From Rhodobacter capsulatus SB 1003 (GTDB taxonomy: Bacteria; Pseudomonadota; Alphaproteobacteria; Rhodobacterales; Rhodobacteraceae), in assembly GCF_000021865.1 (NCBI RefSeq), contig NC_014034.1, positions 1,530,001 to 1,562,000 of the forward strand: a DNA stretch of 32,000 nucleotides, read 5' to 3'. Under the pieces are notes generated by a model. The model was not told the origin of the DNA, searched no databases, and saw only the letters and a program-made list of their open reading frames with translations. Positions 17,922-26,436 of the stretch are shown here, in pieces. Positions within the stretch are counted from its first letter, which is position 1, and every line of letters starts with the position of its first letter. Position numbers and translations under genes: made by a program.

Positions 17922-18946
17922 GCGGGCAGACGATGCGCGGGCAGACGGCAATCGGGCAGGCGGGCAGGGTGTTCCGCGGGCTGATGGCCGTGGCGGCGCT
18001 GACGGTCGTTGTCGGGCTGTCGCTGGGCCTTGGCGCGCGGTCGGTCGGGCTGGCGGATCTCTGGATCGGGTTGACCGGCACGCCGCACACCATCGCCGAG
18101 GCGGCGGTGGCGGCGCGGCTGCCGCGCACGGTTCTGGCGGCGCTCGCCGGGGCTTCGCTGGCCATGGCCGGGGCGGCGATGCAGGGGCTGACGCGCAATC
18201 CGCTGGCCGATCCGGGCCTTTTGGGCACCAATGCCGGGGCGGCTTTGGCGGTGGTGATCGCGCTGGCCTGGCTTGGCCCCGGGGGCGCCGCCGCGACGAT
18301 CTGGATTGCCATTGCCGGGGCGGGGATCGCGGCCGCGGCGGTCTATGCAATTGCCAGTCTGGGGCGGGGCGGCGCGACGCCGCTCAAGCTGGCGCTGGCG
18401 GGCGCGGCGCTGGGGGCGGCGCTGGGCGCGCTGACGACGGCAGTGATCTTGCCGCGCGGCGATATCGGCGGTCTGGCGCAATCCTGGATGATCGGCGGCG
18501 TCGGCGGCGCCCGCTTTGCGCAGATCGCGCCGGTCTTGCCGTTTCTGGCCGCGGGGGCGGTGGCGACGCTCGTTTCGGCGCGCAAGCTGAACCTGCTGGC
18601 CTTGGGCGAGGAGACCGCGACCGGGCTGGGCGAGACGGTCTGGCGGGCGCGGGCGCTGGCGGCGGGCGGGGCGATCCTGCTGTCGGGCGCCACCACCGCG
18701 CTCTGCGGTCCGATCGGCTTCGTGGGTCTTGTGGTGCCGCATGCCTGTCGGGGGCTTTTCGGCGTCGATTACCGCTGGATCCTGCCCTTTTCCGCCCTGG
18801 GGGGCGCGCTGCTGCTGCTTCTGGCCGATGTCGCGGGCCGGGTGATCGCCCGCCCGGCCGAGGTGGATGCGGGCATCGTCACCGCCTTTCTGGGGGCGCC
18901 GGTCTTCATCTGGATCGTGCGGCGCCTGGGCGGGCGGGCGCCATGA
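17918..18946 (+). CDS. FecCD-family iron-siderophore ABC permease
   Basis: An ATGA overlap links it to the upstream gene. It carries the motif MQGLTRNPLADPGLLGTNAGAAL and is multi-TM. Confidence 0.9.
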   Translation: MSGQTMRGQTAIGQAGRVFRGLMAVAALTVVVGLSLGLGARSVGLADLWIGLTGTPHTIAEAAVAARLPRTVLAALAGASLAMAGAAMQGLTRNPLADPGLLGTNAGAALAVVIALAWLGPGGAAATIWIAIAGAGIAAAAVYAIASLGRGGATPLKLALAGAALGAALGALTTAVILPRGDIGGLAQSWMIGGVGGARFAQIAPVLPFLAAGAVATLVSARKLNLLALGEETATGLGETVWRARALAAGGAILLSGATTALCGPIGFVGLVVPHACRGLFGVDYRWILPFSALGGALLLLLADVAGRVIARPAEVDAGIVTAFLGAPVFIWIVRRLGGRAP

Positions 18947-19974
18947 CGGCGACGCTTGCCATCATCGCCCGGTTGCGCCGGGACCGGCTGCGCCGCCGCG
19001 CCCTTGTGCTGGCGCTTCTGGCGGCGCTGATCTTCGCGGGCCTTGCCGCCATGCTGATGCTCGGCCATCGGCTGCTTGCGCCCGGCGTCGTGCTTGAGGT
19101 TCTGCGGGGCGCCGAGATCCCGGGCGTCAGCTTCACCCTGCGCGAGCTGCGCTTGCCGCGGGCGCTTCTGGCCGTGGCCGCGGGGGCGGCCTTCGGTCTG
19201 GGCGGCATCGCCTTTCAGACGCTGTTGCGCAATCCGCTGGCCAGCCCCGACATCATCGGCATCAGCGCGGGGGCCAGTGCCGCGGCGGTGCTGGCGATCG
19301 TCGGCCTTGGTCTGGGCGGGCCCGTGGTGTCGGTTCTGGCGGTGGCGGCGGGGCTGGGCGTGGCCGGGCTGATTACACTTTTGTCCTGGCGCGACGGGCT
19401 TTGCGGCACGCGGCTCATTCTGGTGGGGATCGGGCTTTCGGCGCTCTTGCAAAGCCTGACCGCCTATGTGCTGAGCCGCGCGCCAAGCTGGTCGTTGCAA
19501 GAGGCCTTGCGCTGGATGTCGGGCAGCCTGAACGGCGCGCAGATGGGGCAGGTGGCGCCACTTGCCGTGGTGCTGGGTCTTGGCGGCGGTTGGCTGATCG
19601 CGCGTGCCGCCGATCTGGAGGCGCTGCGGCTGGGCGACGAGGCGGCGGCGGGGCTGGGCTTGCGGCTCGGTCGGCTGCGGGTGGGCGTGATCCTGGCGGC
19701 GGTGGCGCTGGTCGCGGTGGCCACGGCGACGGTCGGTCCGGTGGCCTTTGTCGCCTTTCTCTCGGGGCCGATCGCGGCGCGGCTGACCGGGCGCGAGGGA
19801 TCGCTTTTGCTGCCCGCGGCCTGCGTTGGCGCGGTTCTGGTGCTGGCGGCCGATCTGGCCGGGCAGTGGCTTTTGCCCGCGCGCTATCCGGTGGGCGTCG
19901 TCACCGGGGTTCTGGGCGCCCCCTATCTTCTGGCGCTGATCTGGCGCGACAATGCGAAAGGAGCCGGTCTGTGA
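18943..19974 (+). CDS. FecCD-family iron-siderophore ABC permease (second subunit)
   Basis: An ATGA overlap links it to the upstream gene. It carries the motif FQTLLRNPLASPDIIGISAGAS. Confidence 0.9.
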   Translation: MTATLAIIARLRRDRLRRRALVLALLAALIFAGLAAMLMLGHRLLAPGVVLEVLRGAEIPGVSFTLRELRLPRALLAVAAGAAFGLGGIAFQTLLRNPLASPDIIGISAGASAAAVLAIVGLGLGGPVVSVLAVAAGLGVAGLITLLSWRDGLCGTRLILVGIGLSALLQSLTAYVLSRAPSWSLQEALRWMSGSLNGAQMGQVAPLAVVLGLGGGWLIARAADLEALRLGDEAAAGLGLRLGRLRVGVILAAVALVAVATATVGPVAFVAFLSGPIAARLTGREGSLLLPAACVGAVLVLAADLAGQWLLPARYPVGVVTGVLGAPYLLALIWRDNAKGAGL

Positions 19975-20786
19975 CACCCCCAACCCTGTCGGCGCGCGGT
20001 CTTGTGGCGGGCTATGGCGCGGCGCCGGTGCTGCAGGGCATCGACCTTGACATCGCGCCGGGCAAGATCACCGTCATCGTCGGCGCCAATGCCTGCGGCA
20101 AGTCCACGCTGCTGCGCGCGCTGGCGCGGCTCTTGCCGCTGCGGGCGGGGCGGGTGACCTTTGACGGCACCGATCTGCACCGGATCGCGCCGCGCAGGCT
20201 GGCGCGCAGGCTTGGCTTCTTGCCGCAAACGCCGATCGCCCCCGAGGGCATCACCGTGCTGGATCTGGTCAGCCGCGGGCGCCATCCGCATCAGGGGCTG
20301 TTTGCGCGCTGGAGCCCCGCCGATGCCGCAGCCGTCGCCCGGGCGCTCGATGTCACCGACACCGCGGCGCTGGCCGGGCGCGATCTGGCGGCGCTGTCGG
20401 GCGGGCAGCGCCAGCGCGTCTGGATCGCCATGGCGCTGGCGCAGGAGACCGAGCTGCTGCTTTTGGACGAGCCGACGACTTTTCTGGACATCAACCATCA
20501 GATCGAAGTGCTGGATCTTCTGGCCGATCTCAACCGCCGCCGCGGCACCTCGGTGGTGATGGTGCTGCATGATCTCAATCTGGCGGCGCGCTATGCCGAT
20601 GTGCTGGTGGCGATGCGGGCCGGGCGGCTGCACGATCAGGGCCCGCCCGGGGCGGTGCTGAGCGCGGCCAATATCCGCGCGCTTTTCGGACTGGACAGCA
20701 CGATCCTGCCCGATCCGGTCAGCGGGCGGCCGATGATGATCCCGCACGGGCGGCAGACGGGACAAAGGGGGCTTGCGCATGGCTGA
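19971..20786 (+). CDS. iron-siderophore ABC transporter ATPase (FhuC/FepC-like)
   Basis: The GTG start overlaps the permease stop (GTGA) and has an AAAGGAG RBS. Motifs are Walker A GANACGKST, signature LSGGQRQRV and Walker B LLLLDEPT. Confidence 0.9.
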   Translation: MTPPTLSARGLVAGYGAAPVLQGIDLDIAPGKITVIVGANACGKSTLLRALARLLPLRAGRVTFDGTDLHRIAPRRLARRLGFLPQTPIAPEGITVLDLVSRGRHPHQGLFARWSPADAAAVARALDVTDTAALAGRDLAALSGGQRQRVWIAMALAQETELLLLDEPTTFLDINHQIEVLDLLADLNRRRGTSVVMVLHDLNLAARYADVLVAMRAGRLHDQGPPGAVLSAANIRALFGLDSTILPDPVSGRPMMIPHGRQTGQRGLAHG

Positions 20787-21813
20787 AGAAGCGCATCGGA
20801 TCACCACGCTGTTGCCGGTCGATGCCGAAACCGCACTGCCGCGGTTCGAGGCCCGCGCCAGCGCCATCGGCTTTGCCTCTGCGCGCATCGGGGGGCGGCT
20901 GCGGGTGACGCTTTCGGGCGGCACGGCGACGGTCGGCCCCGCCCCGGGGGGCACCGCGCTTGAAGTCACGGCCGAGGATGGCCCGCATCTGCAGATGCTG
21001 CGCGACTATCTGACCGAGGAATTGCAGGCGGCGGGGCTGCGCCCGCTTTGGCAGGGACCGCCGGGCGACGGCTGGCCCGCCAGCCATGCGCGCACGCGGG
21101 TGGTGGCGGTGCAGCGCCTCTCGCCCGCGTATCGACGCGTCACTCTGGCCGGGGCCGATCTGGCGCGCTTTGACGCGGGCGGGCTGCATTTCCGCCTGCT
21201 TCTGGGGCCTGCGGGCGCGGATTGGCCCCGCACCGATGGCAATGGCGTGACGCAATGGCCGGGGGGCGCTGCGGCCTGGCACAGGCCCGTCTACACGATC
21301 CGCCATCTGGATCTGACCCCGCCCGAGCCGCAGCTGGCCTTTGATGTCTTCGTGCATGCGGGCGGGCGCGTCACCGACTGGACGGCAACTCTGCGCCCCG
21401 GCACCGACGTCGTGCTGGCCGGGCCGGGCGGCGACCGGGGGCCGCGTCCGGCGGCCTGGCACGGCCTTGTCGGCGACGAGACCGCGCTGCCGGTGATCGC
21501 CCGGCATCTGGCGCTTTTGCCCGCCGATGCGCGTGGCGCGGCGCGGATCGTGGTTCCCGACCGGGCCGACATCCAGCCGCTGACCGCCCCGCCGGGGGTG
21601 GCGCTGCGCTGGCTCTTGCGGGCCGAGGGCGCGACGCCGCTTGCGGCGCTGGCAGAGCTGTCCATTCCCGAAACCGGCCGCGCGGTCTTTTTCGCCGCCG
21701 AACAGGCCGAGGCGCAGGCGGCGCGGCAGGCGCTTTTGGCGCGCGGGCTGGCCAGGTCCGAATTCACCGCCGCGGGCTACTGGAGCGCCGTCACCGCCCC
21801 CGGAGAGGCCTGA
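20779..21813 (+). CDS. siderophore-interacting FAD-binding reductase (SIP/ViuB family) with an N-terminal DUF2218-like domain
   Basis: SIP core elements are RVVAVQRLSPAYRRVTLAG, RPVYTIR (RxYT FAD motif), LVGDETALPVIARHL and GYW near the C-terminus. The N-terminal ~95 aa (..GTALEVTAEDGPHLQMLRDYLTEELQ) resemble DUF2218. The ATG at 20779 has an AAGGGGG RBS and overlaps the ATPase end by 8 nt. Confidence 0.82.
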   Translation: MAEEAHRITTLLPVDAETALPRFEARASAIGFASARIGGRLRVTLSGGTATVGPAPGGTALEVTAEDGPHLQMLRDYLTEELQAAGLRPLWQGPPGDGWPASHARTRVVAVQRLSPAYRRVTLAGADLARFDAGGLHFRLLLGPAGADWPRTDGNGVTQWPGGAAAWHRPVYTIRHLDLTPPEPQLAFDVFVHAGGRVTDWTATLRPGTDVVLAGPGGDRGPRPAAWHGLVGDETALPVIARHLALLPADARGAARIVVPDRADIQPLTAPPGVALRWLLRAEGATPLAALAELSIPETGRAVFFAAEQAEAQAARQALLARGLARSEFTAAGYWSAVTAPGEA

Positions 21814-21982
21814 CCTGTTGGCGCCACCCGCGCGCGGATATCGCCCAGGTCCGCCCCGCGGCGGCAGATCGGAGAAGACGGCTTGCCTTTCCCGGGCCGA
21901 GCGGTCAGATTTTCCGCGTCAGCCAGCTGTGCCTTGCCGCAGCCCAGCCAGAGAATGCAGTCATGCAGGAAAAGGCGGGCAG

Positions 21983-23797
21983 ATGGCGGTTTCGGAACAG
22001 GCGGGCACAGAGGCACCGGGGGCGGGGCGCAGGCCGCCGTCGCCCTGGCGCATCCTGAACCCCGTGCGGGGGCAGATCCGGCTGGCGATGGCGATTTCGG
22101 CGGGCTCGGCGCTTTCAGCGCTTGGGGTGATGGTGTCGCTGACGCTGGTGATCCGCGCGCTGCTGGACCGGCCGGAGATCATGCCCTGGGGCCCGCTTGG
22201 CGCGGCGGCGCTTTGCACGGTTGCCGCCTATGCCGCCCGGCTTGGCGCCTTCAACCAGGCGCATTACGCGGCCTTCCGGCTGGAGCGGATCTTGCGCATC
22301 GGTCTGGCGAACCGGCTGGCGCGGGTGTCGCTGGGCTATGTCGAGGCGCAGGGCGCGGGCGCGCTGGCCAAGGTCATCCATGACGACGTGAAGGCGCTGC
22401 ATGTCTTTGTCGCCGACAGCACGCCGCTTTATGCCCGCGCCTATGTCACGCCGGTCGTGACCTTCGCGCTGCTTTGGCTGTTCGACTGGCGGCTGGCGCT
22501 GGTGGCGCTGGCGGTGCTGGCGCTTGGCTGGGGCATCCTGCGCGGGGCGCAGCGGCGGCGGCGCGACATGGTGCGGGCCTATAATGCGGCGCGCGAAAAG
22601 GTCAGCGCGGCGGTTGTGGAATATGTGCAGGCGATGCCCGTGGTGCGCAATTTCGACAGCGGCCAAAGCAGTTTCGGCCGCTATCAGGCGGCGCTCGACG
22701 GCTATCTGGCGGTGATGCTGGACTGGTACCGCGCCGCGGGTTTTCCGGCGCGGTTCTCCTGGCTGATGCTGGGCCCGATGCCGACGCTGACGCTGGTCCT
22801 TGGCGCGGGGCTTTGGTTCAGCGCGATGGGCGATCTGTCGGTGCCGCGCTGGCTGGGGGTGCTTCTGGCCTGCACCGGCATGGCCGAGGCGATGATGCCG
22901 ATGATGATGCTGCGCCACATGATCGAAAAGGTCGGGCTGAGCGTGGCGCGGATCGAGGAGGTGATGGCCGCCCCCGATCTGGACGAGGCCGGGGCGATGC
23001 CGCCCGGGCCGCTCGCCTTCGACCCTGCGGCGCCTGCGCTGCGCTTTGACCGGGTGCGGTTTTCCTATGCGCCCGACCTGCCCCCGGCGCTTGACGATGT
23101 CAGTTTCGAGGTCGCGCGCGGCAGTGTCACCGCGCTGGTCGGCCCCTCGGGCGCGGGCAAGACCACGGTGGCGCGTCTGGTGCCGCGGTTCTGGGATGTC
23201 ACCGCGGGCAAGATCGAGATCGGCGGCCATGACATCCGCAAGATCGGCGCCGGGCGGCTGATGCAACAGGTCGCCTTCGTGTTTCAGGAAAGCTTCCTTT
23301 TTGCCGATACCATCGCGGCGAATATCCGCATCGGCCGCCCCGAGGCCACCGAGGCCGAGGTGATCGCGGCGGCACGGGCGGCGCAGGCTCATGACTTCAT
23401 CACCGCGCTGCCGCAGGGCTACGAGACCCGGGCGGGGGAACGCGGCGTGTTCCTCTCGGGCGGGCAGCGCCAGCGCATCGCCATTGCCCGGGCGCTGCTG
23501 CAAGATCGTCCGGTGCTGGTGCTGGACGAGGCGACGGCCTTTGCCGATCCGGAAAACGAGGCCGAGCTGATTGCGGCGCTCTCCGAGCTGATGCGCGGGC
23601 GCACGGTGATCATGGTGGCGCATCGGCTGGCGACGATCCGCGATGCCGATCAGATCCTTGTCTTCGAGCGCGGCCGGATCGTCGAGCGCGGCCGTCACGC
23701 GGCGCTGGTGGGGCAGGGCGGGCTTTATGCAAGGCTTTGGCAGAATTACGAAACGGCGCAAAACTGGTCGCTTGGCGCGGCCCGGGAGGGGATCTGA
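21983..23797 (+). CDS. fused ABC transporter permease/ATPase, IrtA/YbtP-like (pair 2, subunit 1)
   Basis: It has an exporter-fold TMD. NBD motifs are GPSGAGKTT, LSGGQRQR and VLVLDEATAFADPENE. It is a paralogue of 4251..6068. Confidence 0.88.
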   Translation: MAVSEQAGTEAPGAGRRPPSPWRILNPVRGQIRLAMAISAGSALSALGVMVSLTLVIRALLDRPEIMPWGPLGAAALCTVAAYAARLGAFNQAHYAAFRLERILRIGLANRLARVSLGYVEAQGAGALAKVIHDDVKALHVFVADSTPLYARAYVTPVVTFALLWLFDWRLALVALAVLALGWGILRGAQRRRRDMVRAYNAAREKVSAAVVEYVQAMPVVRNFDSGQSSFGRYQAALDGYLAVMLDWYRAAGFPARFSWLMLGPMPTLTLVLGAGLWFSAMGDLSVPRWLGVLLACTGMAEAMMPMMMLRHMIEKVGLSVARIEEVMAAPDLDEAGAMPPGPLAFDPAAPALRFDRVRFSYAPDLPPALDDVSFEVARGSVTALVGPSGAGKTTVARLVPRFWDVTAGKIEIGGHDIRKIGAGRLMQQVAFVFQESFLFADTIAANIRIGRPEATEAEVIAAARAAQAHDFITALPQGYETRAGERGVFLSGGQRQRIAIARALLQDRPVLVLDEATAFADPENEAELIAALSELMRGRTVIMVAHRLATIRDADQILVFERGRIVERGRHAALVGQGGLYARLWQNYETAQNWSLGAAREGI

Positions 23798-25590
23798 TGG
23801 CGGTCATCGGCAAGGAACCGGCCGGGCGGCCGGGGGCAAGTTCCTTTGCGACGACGTTCCGGCAACTGGCCGAAAGCGTCGGGCCGGAAGATGCGCCGGG
23901 GCTGCGGCGCGCGCTTTTCGGGCTGATCGCGGCGGCGGCGCTGCAGGGGCTCGGGCTGGCGGTGATCGCGCCCCTTTTCACCGCCGCGGCGACGCCGGGC
24001 GGGCTTGACCGGGCGCTTTCGTGGTTTGCTGTTCTGCTTTTGCTGATGGGCGCGGCCTCGGCGCTGCGCTGGCGCGCGCAGGGCTTCGATTTCGACGGCC
24101 GGATGGTGCGGGCGACCTGGCGGCTGCGCCGGCGGCTGGGGGCGAAGCTGCGCGAGATCCCGCTGGAACAGCTGCAGGACAAGCGCGCGGGCGAGATGAA
24201 CGCGGTCGTGCTGGGCAATGTCGATGAAAACCTGCTTTATGCGCTGACCGTGCTCAATCTGGTCTTTGCCGCGGTCGTCACGCCGTTTTGCGCCGCGCTG
24301 GGGCTGATGCTGTTTGACGGGCGGCTGGGGCTTTTGCTGCTGGCGGTGTTTCCGGCGATCGTGCCGCTTTACCGCTGGCGGCGTCCGGCGCTGGGGCGGG
24401 GCAAGCGCATCCTCGGTCAGGCGCACCAAGAAGCAAGCGCCGATGTGCTGGAATACACGCAAGGCTTGGCGATCCTGCGCGCGGCGGGGCGGGCCGGGGA
24501 AAAGGCCGCCCGGCTGTCGCAGACCTTCCAGAAACTTGAGGCGATTCAGGTCTTTGGCCATCGCAAAGGGGCGAAGCCCAATATCCTTGTGGCCAGCGTG
24601 GTCGAGCTGGGGTTGCTCGCCGTGCTGATGACCGGGGTTTTTCTGGTGACGCGCGGCAGTCTTGATCCGGCGGCGCTTGGGGCGGTTTTCGTGATCGTGG
24701 TGCGGCTTTCCGAGCCGCTTTCGACCTTCATCCTTTACACCGCGATGCTGGAGGTGATGGAGGCCGCGCTGGAACGGATCGGCGCGCTTCTGGCGATGGC
24801 GCCCCTGCCGCAGCGGGCGCCCGCCCTGATGCCGACCCGCCATGACATCCGCTTCGAGGCGGTCAGCTTCACCCATGCCCGGGCCGGGGCGCCGACGATC
24901 CGCGCCTTCAGCGCCCTTTTGCCCGAACACTCGCTGACCGCGCTGGTCGGGCCCTCGGGCTGCGGCAAGACCACGCTGACGCGGCTTTTGCTGCGCCATT
25001 TCGATCCGCAGGAGGGGGCGTTGCAGATTGGCGGCATCGATCTGCGCCAGATCCCGGCAGAGCGTCTCAACGATCTGATTTCGGTGGTGTTTCAGGACGT
25101 CTATCTGTTCAATGACACGGTGCTGGCGAATATCCGCATGGGCCGCCCCGACGCGACCGAGGCCGAGGTGCGGGCGGCGGCGCAGGCGGCGCAATGCCTT
25201 GAATTCATCGAGCGGCTGCCGCAGGGCTGGCAGACGCCTTTGGGCGAGATCGGCGGCAGGCTGTCGGGCGGCGAACGGCAGCGCATCTCGATCGCGCGGG
25301 CGCTGCTCAAGGATGCGCCGATTGTCGTTCTGGATGAACCGACGGCGGCGCTCGATACCGAAAGCGAGCTGGCGGTGCAGCGCGCGCTGGATGCGCTGGT
25401 GGCGCGCAAGACGGTGATCGTGATCGCGCATCGGCTCTCGACGATTGTCGGGGCGGATCAGATCCTGGTGATCGAGGACGGGCGGCTGGTGCAGGCGGGG
25501 CGGCATGCCGATCTTTTGGCCGCGGGCGGGCGCTATGCGCGGATGTGGGCGGCGCAGGGGGCGGTGAAACGCTGGTCGGTCGGGCGCTGA
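23797..25590 (+). CDS. fused ABC transporter permease/ATPase, IrtB/YbtQ-like (pair 2, subunit 2)
   Basis: A TGATG overlap links it to the upstream gene and a GGAGG RBS is present. NBD motifs are GPSGCGKTT, LSGGERQR and IVVLDEPTAALD. Confidence 0.88.
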   Translation: MAVIGKEPAGRPGASSFATTFRQLAESVGPEDAPGLRRALFGLIAAAALQGLGLAVIAPLFTAAATPGGLDRALSWFAVLLLLMGAASALRWRAQGFDFDGRMVRATWRLRRRLGAKLREIPLEQLQDKRAGEMNAVVLGNVDENLLYALTVLNLVFAAVVTPFCAALGLMLFDGRLGLLLLAVFPAIVPLYRWRRPALGRGKRILGQAHQEASADVLEYTQGLAILRAAGRAGEKAARLSQTFQKLEAIQVFGHRKGAKPNILVASVVELGLLAVLMTGVFLVTRGSLDPAALGAVFVIVVRLSEPLSTFILYTAMLEVMEAALERIGALLAMAPLPQRAPALMPTRHDIRFEAVSFTHARAGAPTIRAFSALLPEHSLTALVGPSGCGKTTLTRLLLRHFDPQEGALQIGGIDLRQIPAERLNDLISVVFQDVYLFNDTVLANIRMGRPDATEAEVRAAAQAAQCLEFIERLPQGWQTPLGEIGGRLSGGERQRISIARALLKDAPIVVLDEPTAALDTESELAVQRALDALVARKTVIVIAHRLSTIVGADQILVIEDGRLVQAGRHADLLAAGGRYARMWAAQGAVKRWSVGR

Positions 25591-25592
25591 TT

Positions 25593-25620
25593 TGGGGGAC
25601 GTTGATCTGGGGGGCGTTGA
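25593..25620 (+). repeat. tandem G-rich 13-mers (TGGGGGACGTTGA / TGGGGGGCGTTGA) in a 36-bp convergent spacer
   Basis: Read directly from the sequence. There is 1 mismatch and the period is 15 bp. Confidence 0.9.
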
Positions 25621-25626
25621 AGGGGG

Positions 25627-26436
25627 TCAGCGCGCCACGATCAGCGGCGTGTGGCTGATCGGATCGTCAAGGATCACCGCCTCCAGCCCGAAGACCTGCC
25701 GCAGCAGATCGGGGGTCATCAGCCGGGCGGGCGGGCCCTCGGCCACCACCCGGCCCGCCGCCATCACCACCAGATGATCCGCATAGCGGCAGGCCTGGTT
25801 GAGATCATGCAGCACGGCGACGATGGTCCGGCCCTGATCGCGGTTGAGCCGTTGCAGCAGCGTCAGCAGTTCCAGCTGATGCGCGATGTCCAGAAAGGTC
25901 GTCGGCTCGTCCAGAAGCAGGATCGGCGTCTGCTGCGCCAGCACCAGCGCGATCCAGACCCGCTGCCGCTGCCCGCCCGACAGCGCATCGACCTCGGCCT
26001 GCGCCAGATCGGCCACCCCGGTCGCCGCCATCGCCTCGGCGACGATGCGGGCATCTTCCGCGCTCCATTGCCGGAACGGCCCCTGATGCGGATAGCGGCC
26101 GCGCGCCACCAGATCCTCGACACTGATCCCCGAGGGCGCCTGCGCGCTTTGCGGCAAAAGCCCGATCTGCCGTGCCAGCGCCCGCGCGGGCAGCCGCGCG
26201 ATGGCCTGACCGTCCAGCAGCACCTGCCCGGCCTGCGGCGGCAAAAGATTGCACAGCCCGCGCAGAAGCGTCGATTTCCCGCAGCCATTCGGCCCGAGGA
26301 TGACGGAAAACCGCCCCTCGGGCAGCGCAAGCGTGACATCGGCGCAGATCTGCCGCCCCGCATAGCCCAGCTGCAGCGCCTGCGTGCGCAACCGGCTTTG
26401 CACCCCGGTCGCCGTGGTCTTGCCGTCGTCCCTCAT
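25627..26436 (-). CDS. iron-siderophore ABC transporter ATPase (FepC-like)
   Basis: The 269-aa product has Walker A GPNGCGKST, signature LSGGQRQRV and Walker B LLLLDEPT. An ATGA overlap links it to the upstream permease. Confidence 0.9.
   Translation of the reverse strand: MRDDGKTTATGVQSRLRTQALQLGYAGRQICADVTLALPEGRFSVILGPNGCGKSTLLRGLCNLLPPQAGQVLLDGQAIARLPARALARQIGLLPQSAQAPSGISVEDLVARGRYPHQGPFRQWSAEDARIVAEAMAATGVADLAQAEVDALSGGQRQRVWIALVLAQQTPILLLDEPTTFLDIAHQLELLTLLQRLNRDQGRTIVAVLHDLNQACRYADHLVVMAAGRVVAEGPPARLMTPDLLRQVFGLEAVILDDPISHTPLIVAR

Noticed and set aside
19401-19970. N-terminal 190 codons of ORF 19401..20786.
   Set aside because: They overlap the permease in another frame and have a low-complexity G/R/A composition. 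The GTG at 19971 with an AAAGGAG RBS gives a normal ATPase.
22115-25506. Minus-strand ORFs of 548 and 586 aa (22115..23761 and 23746..25506).
   Set aside because: They are shadow ORFs antisense to ABC pair 2.
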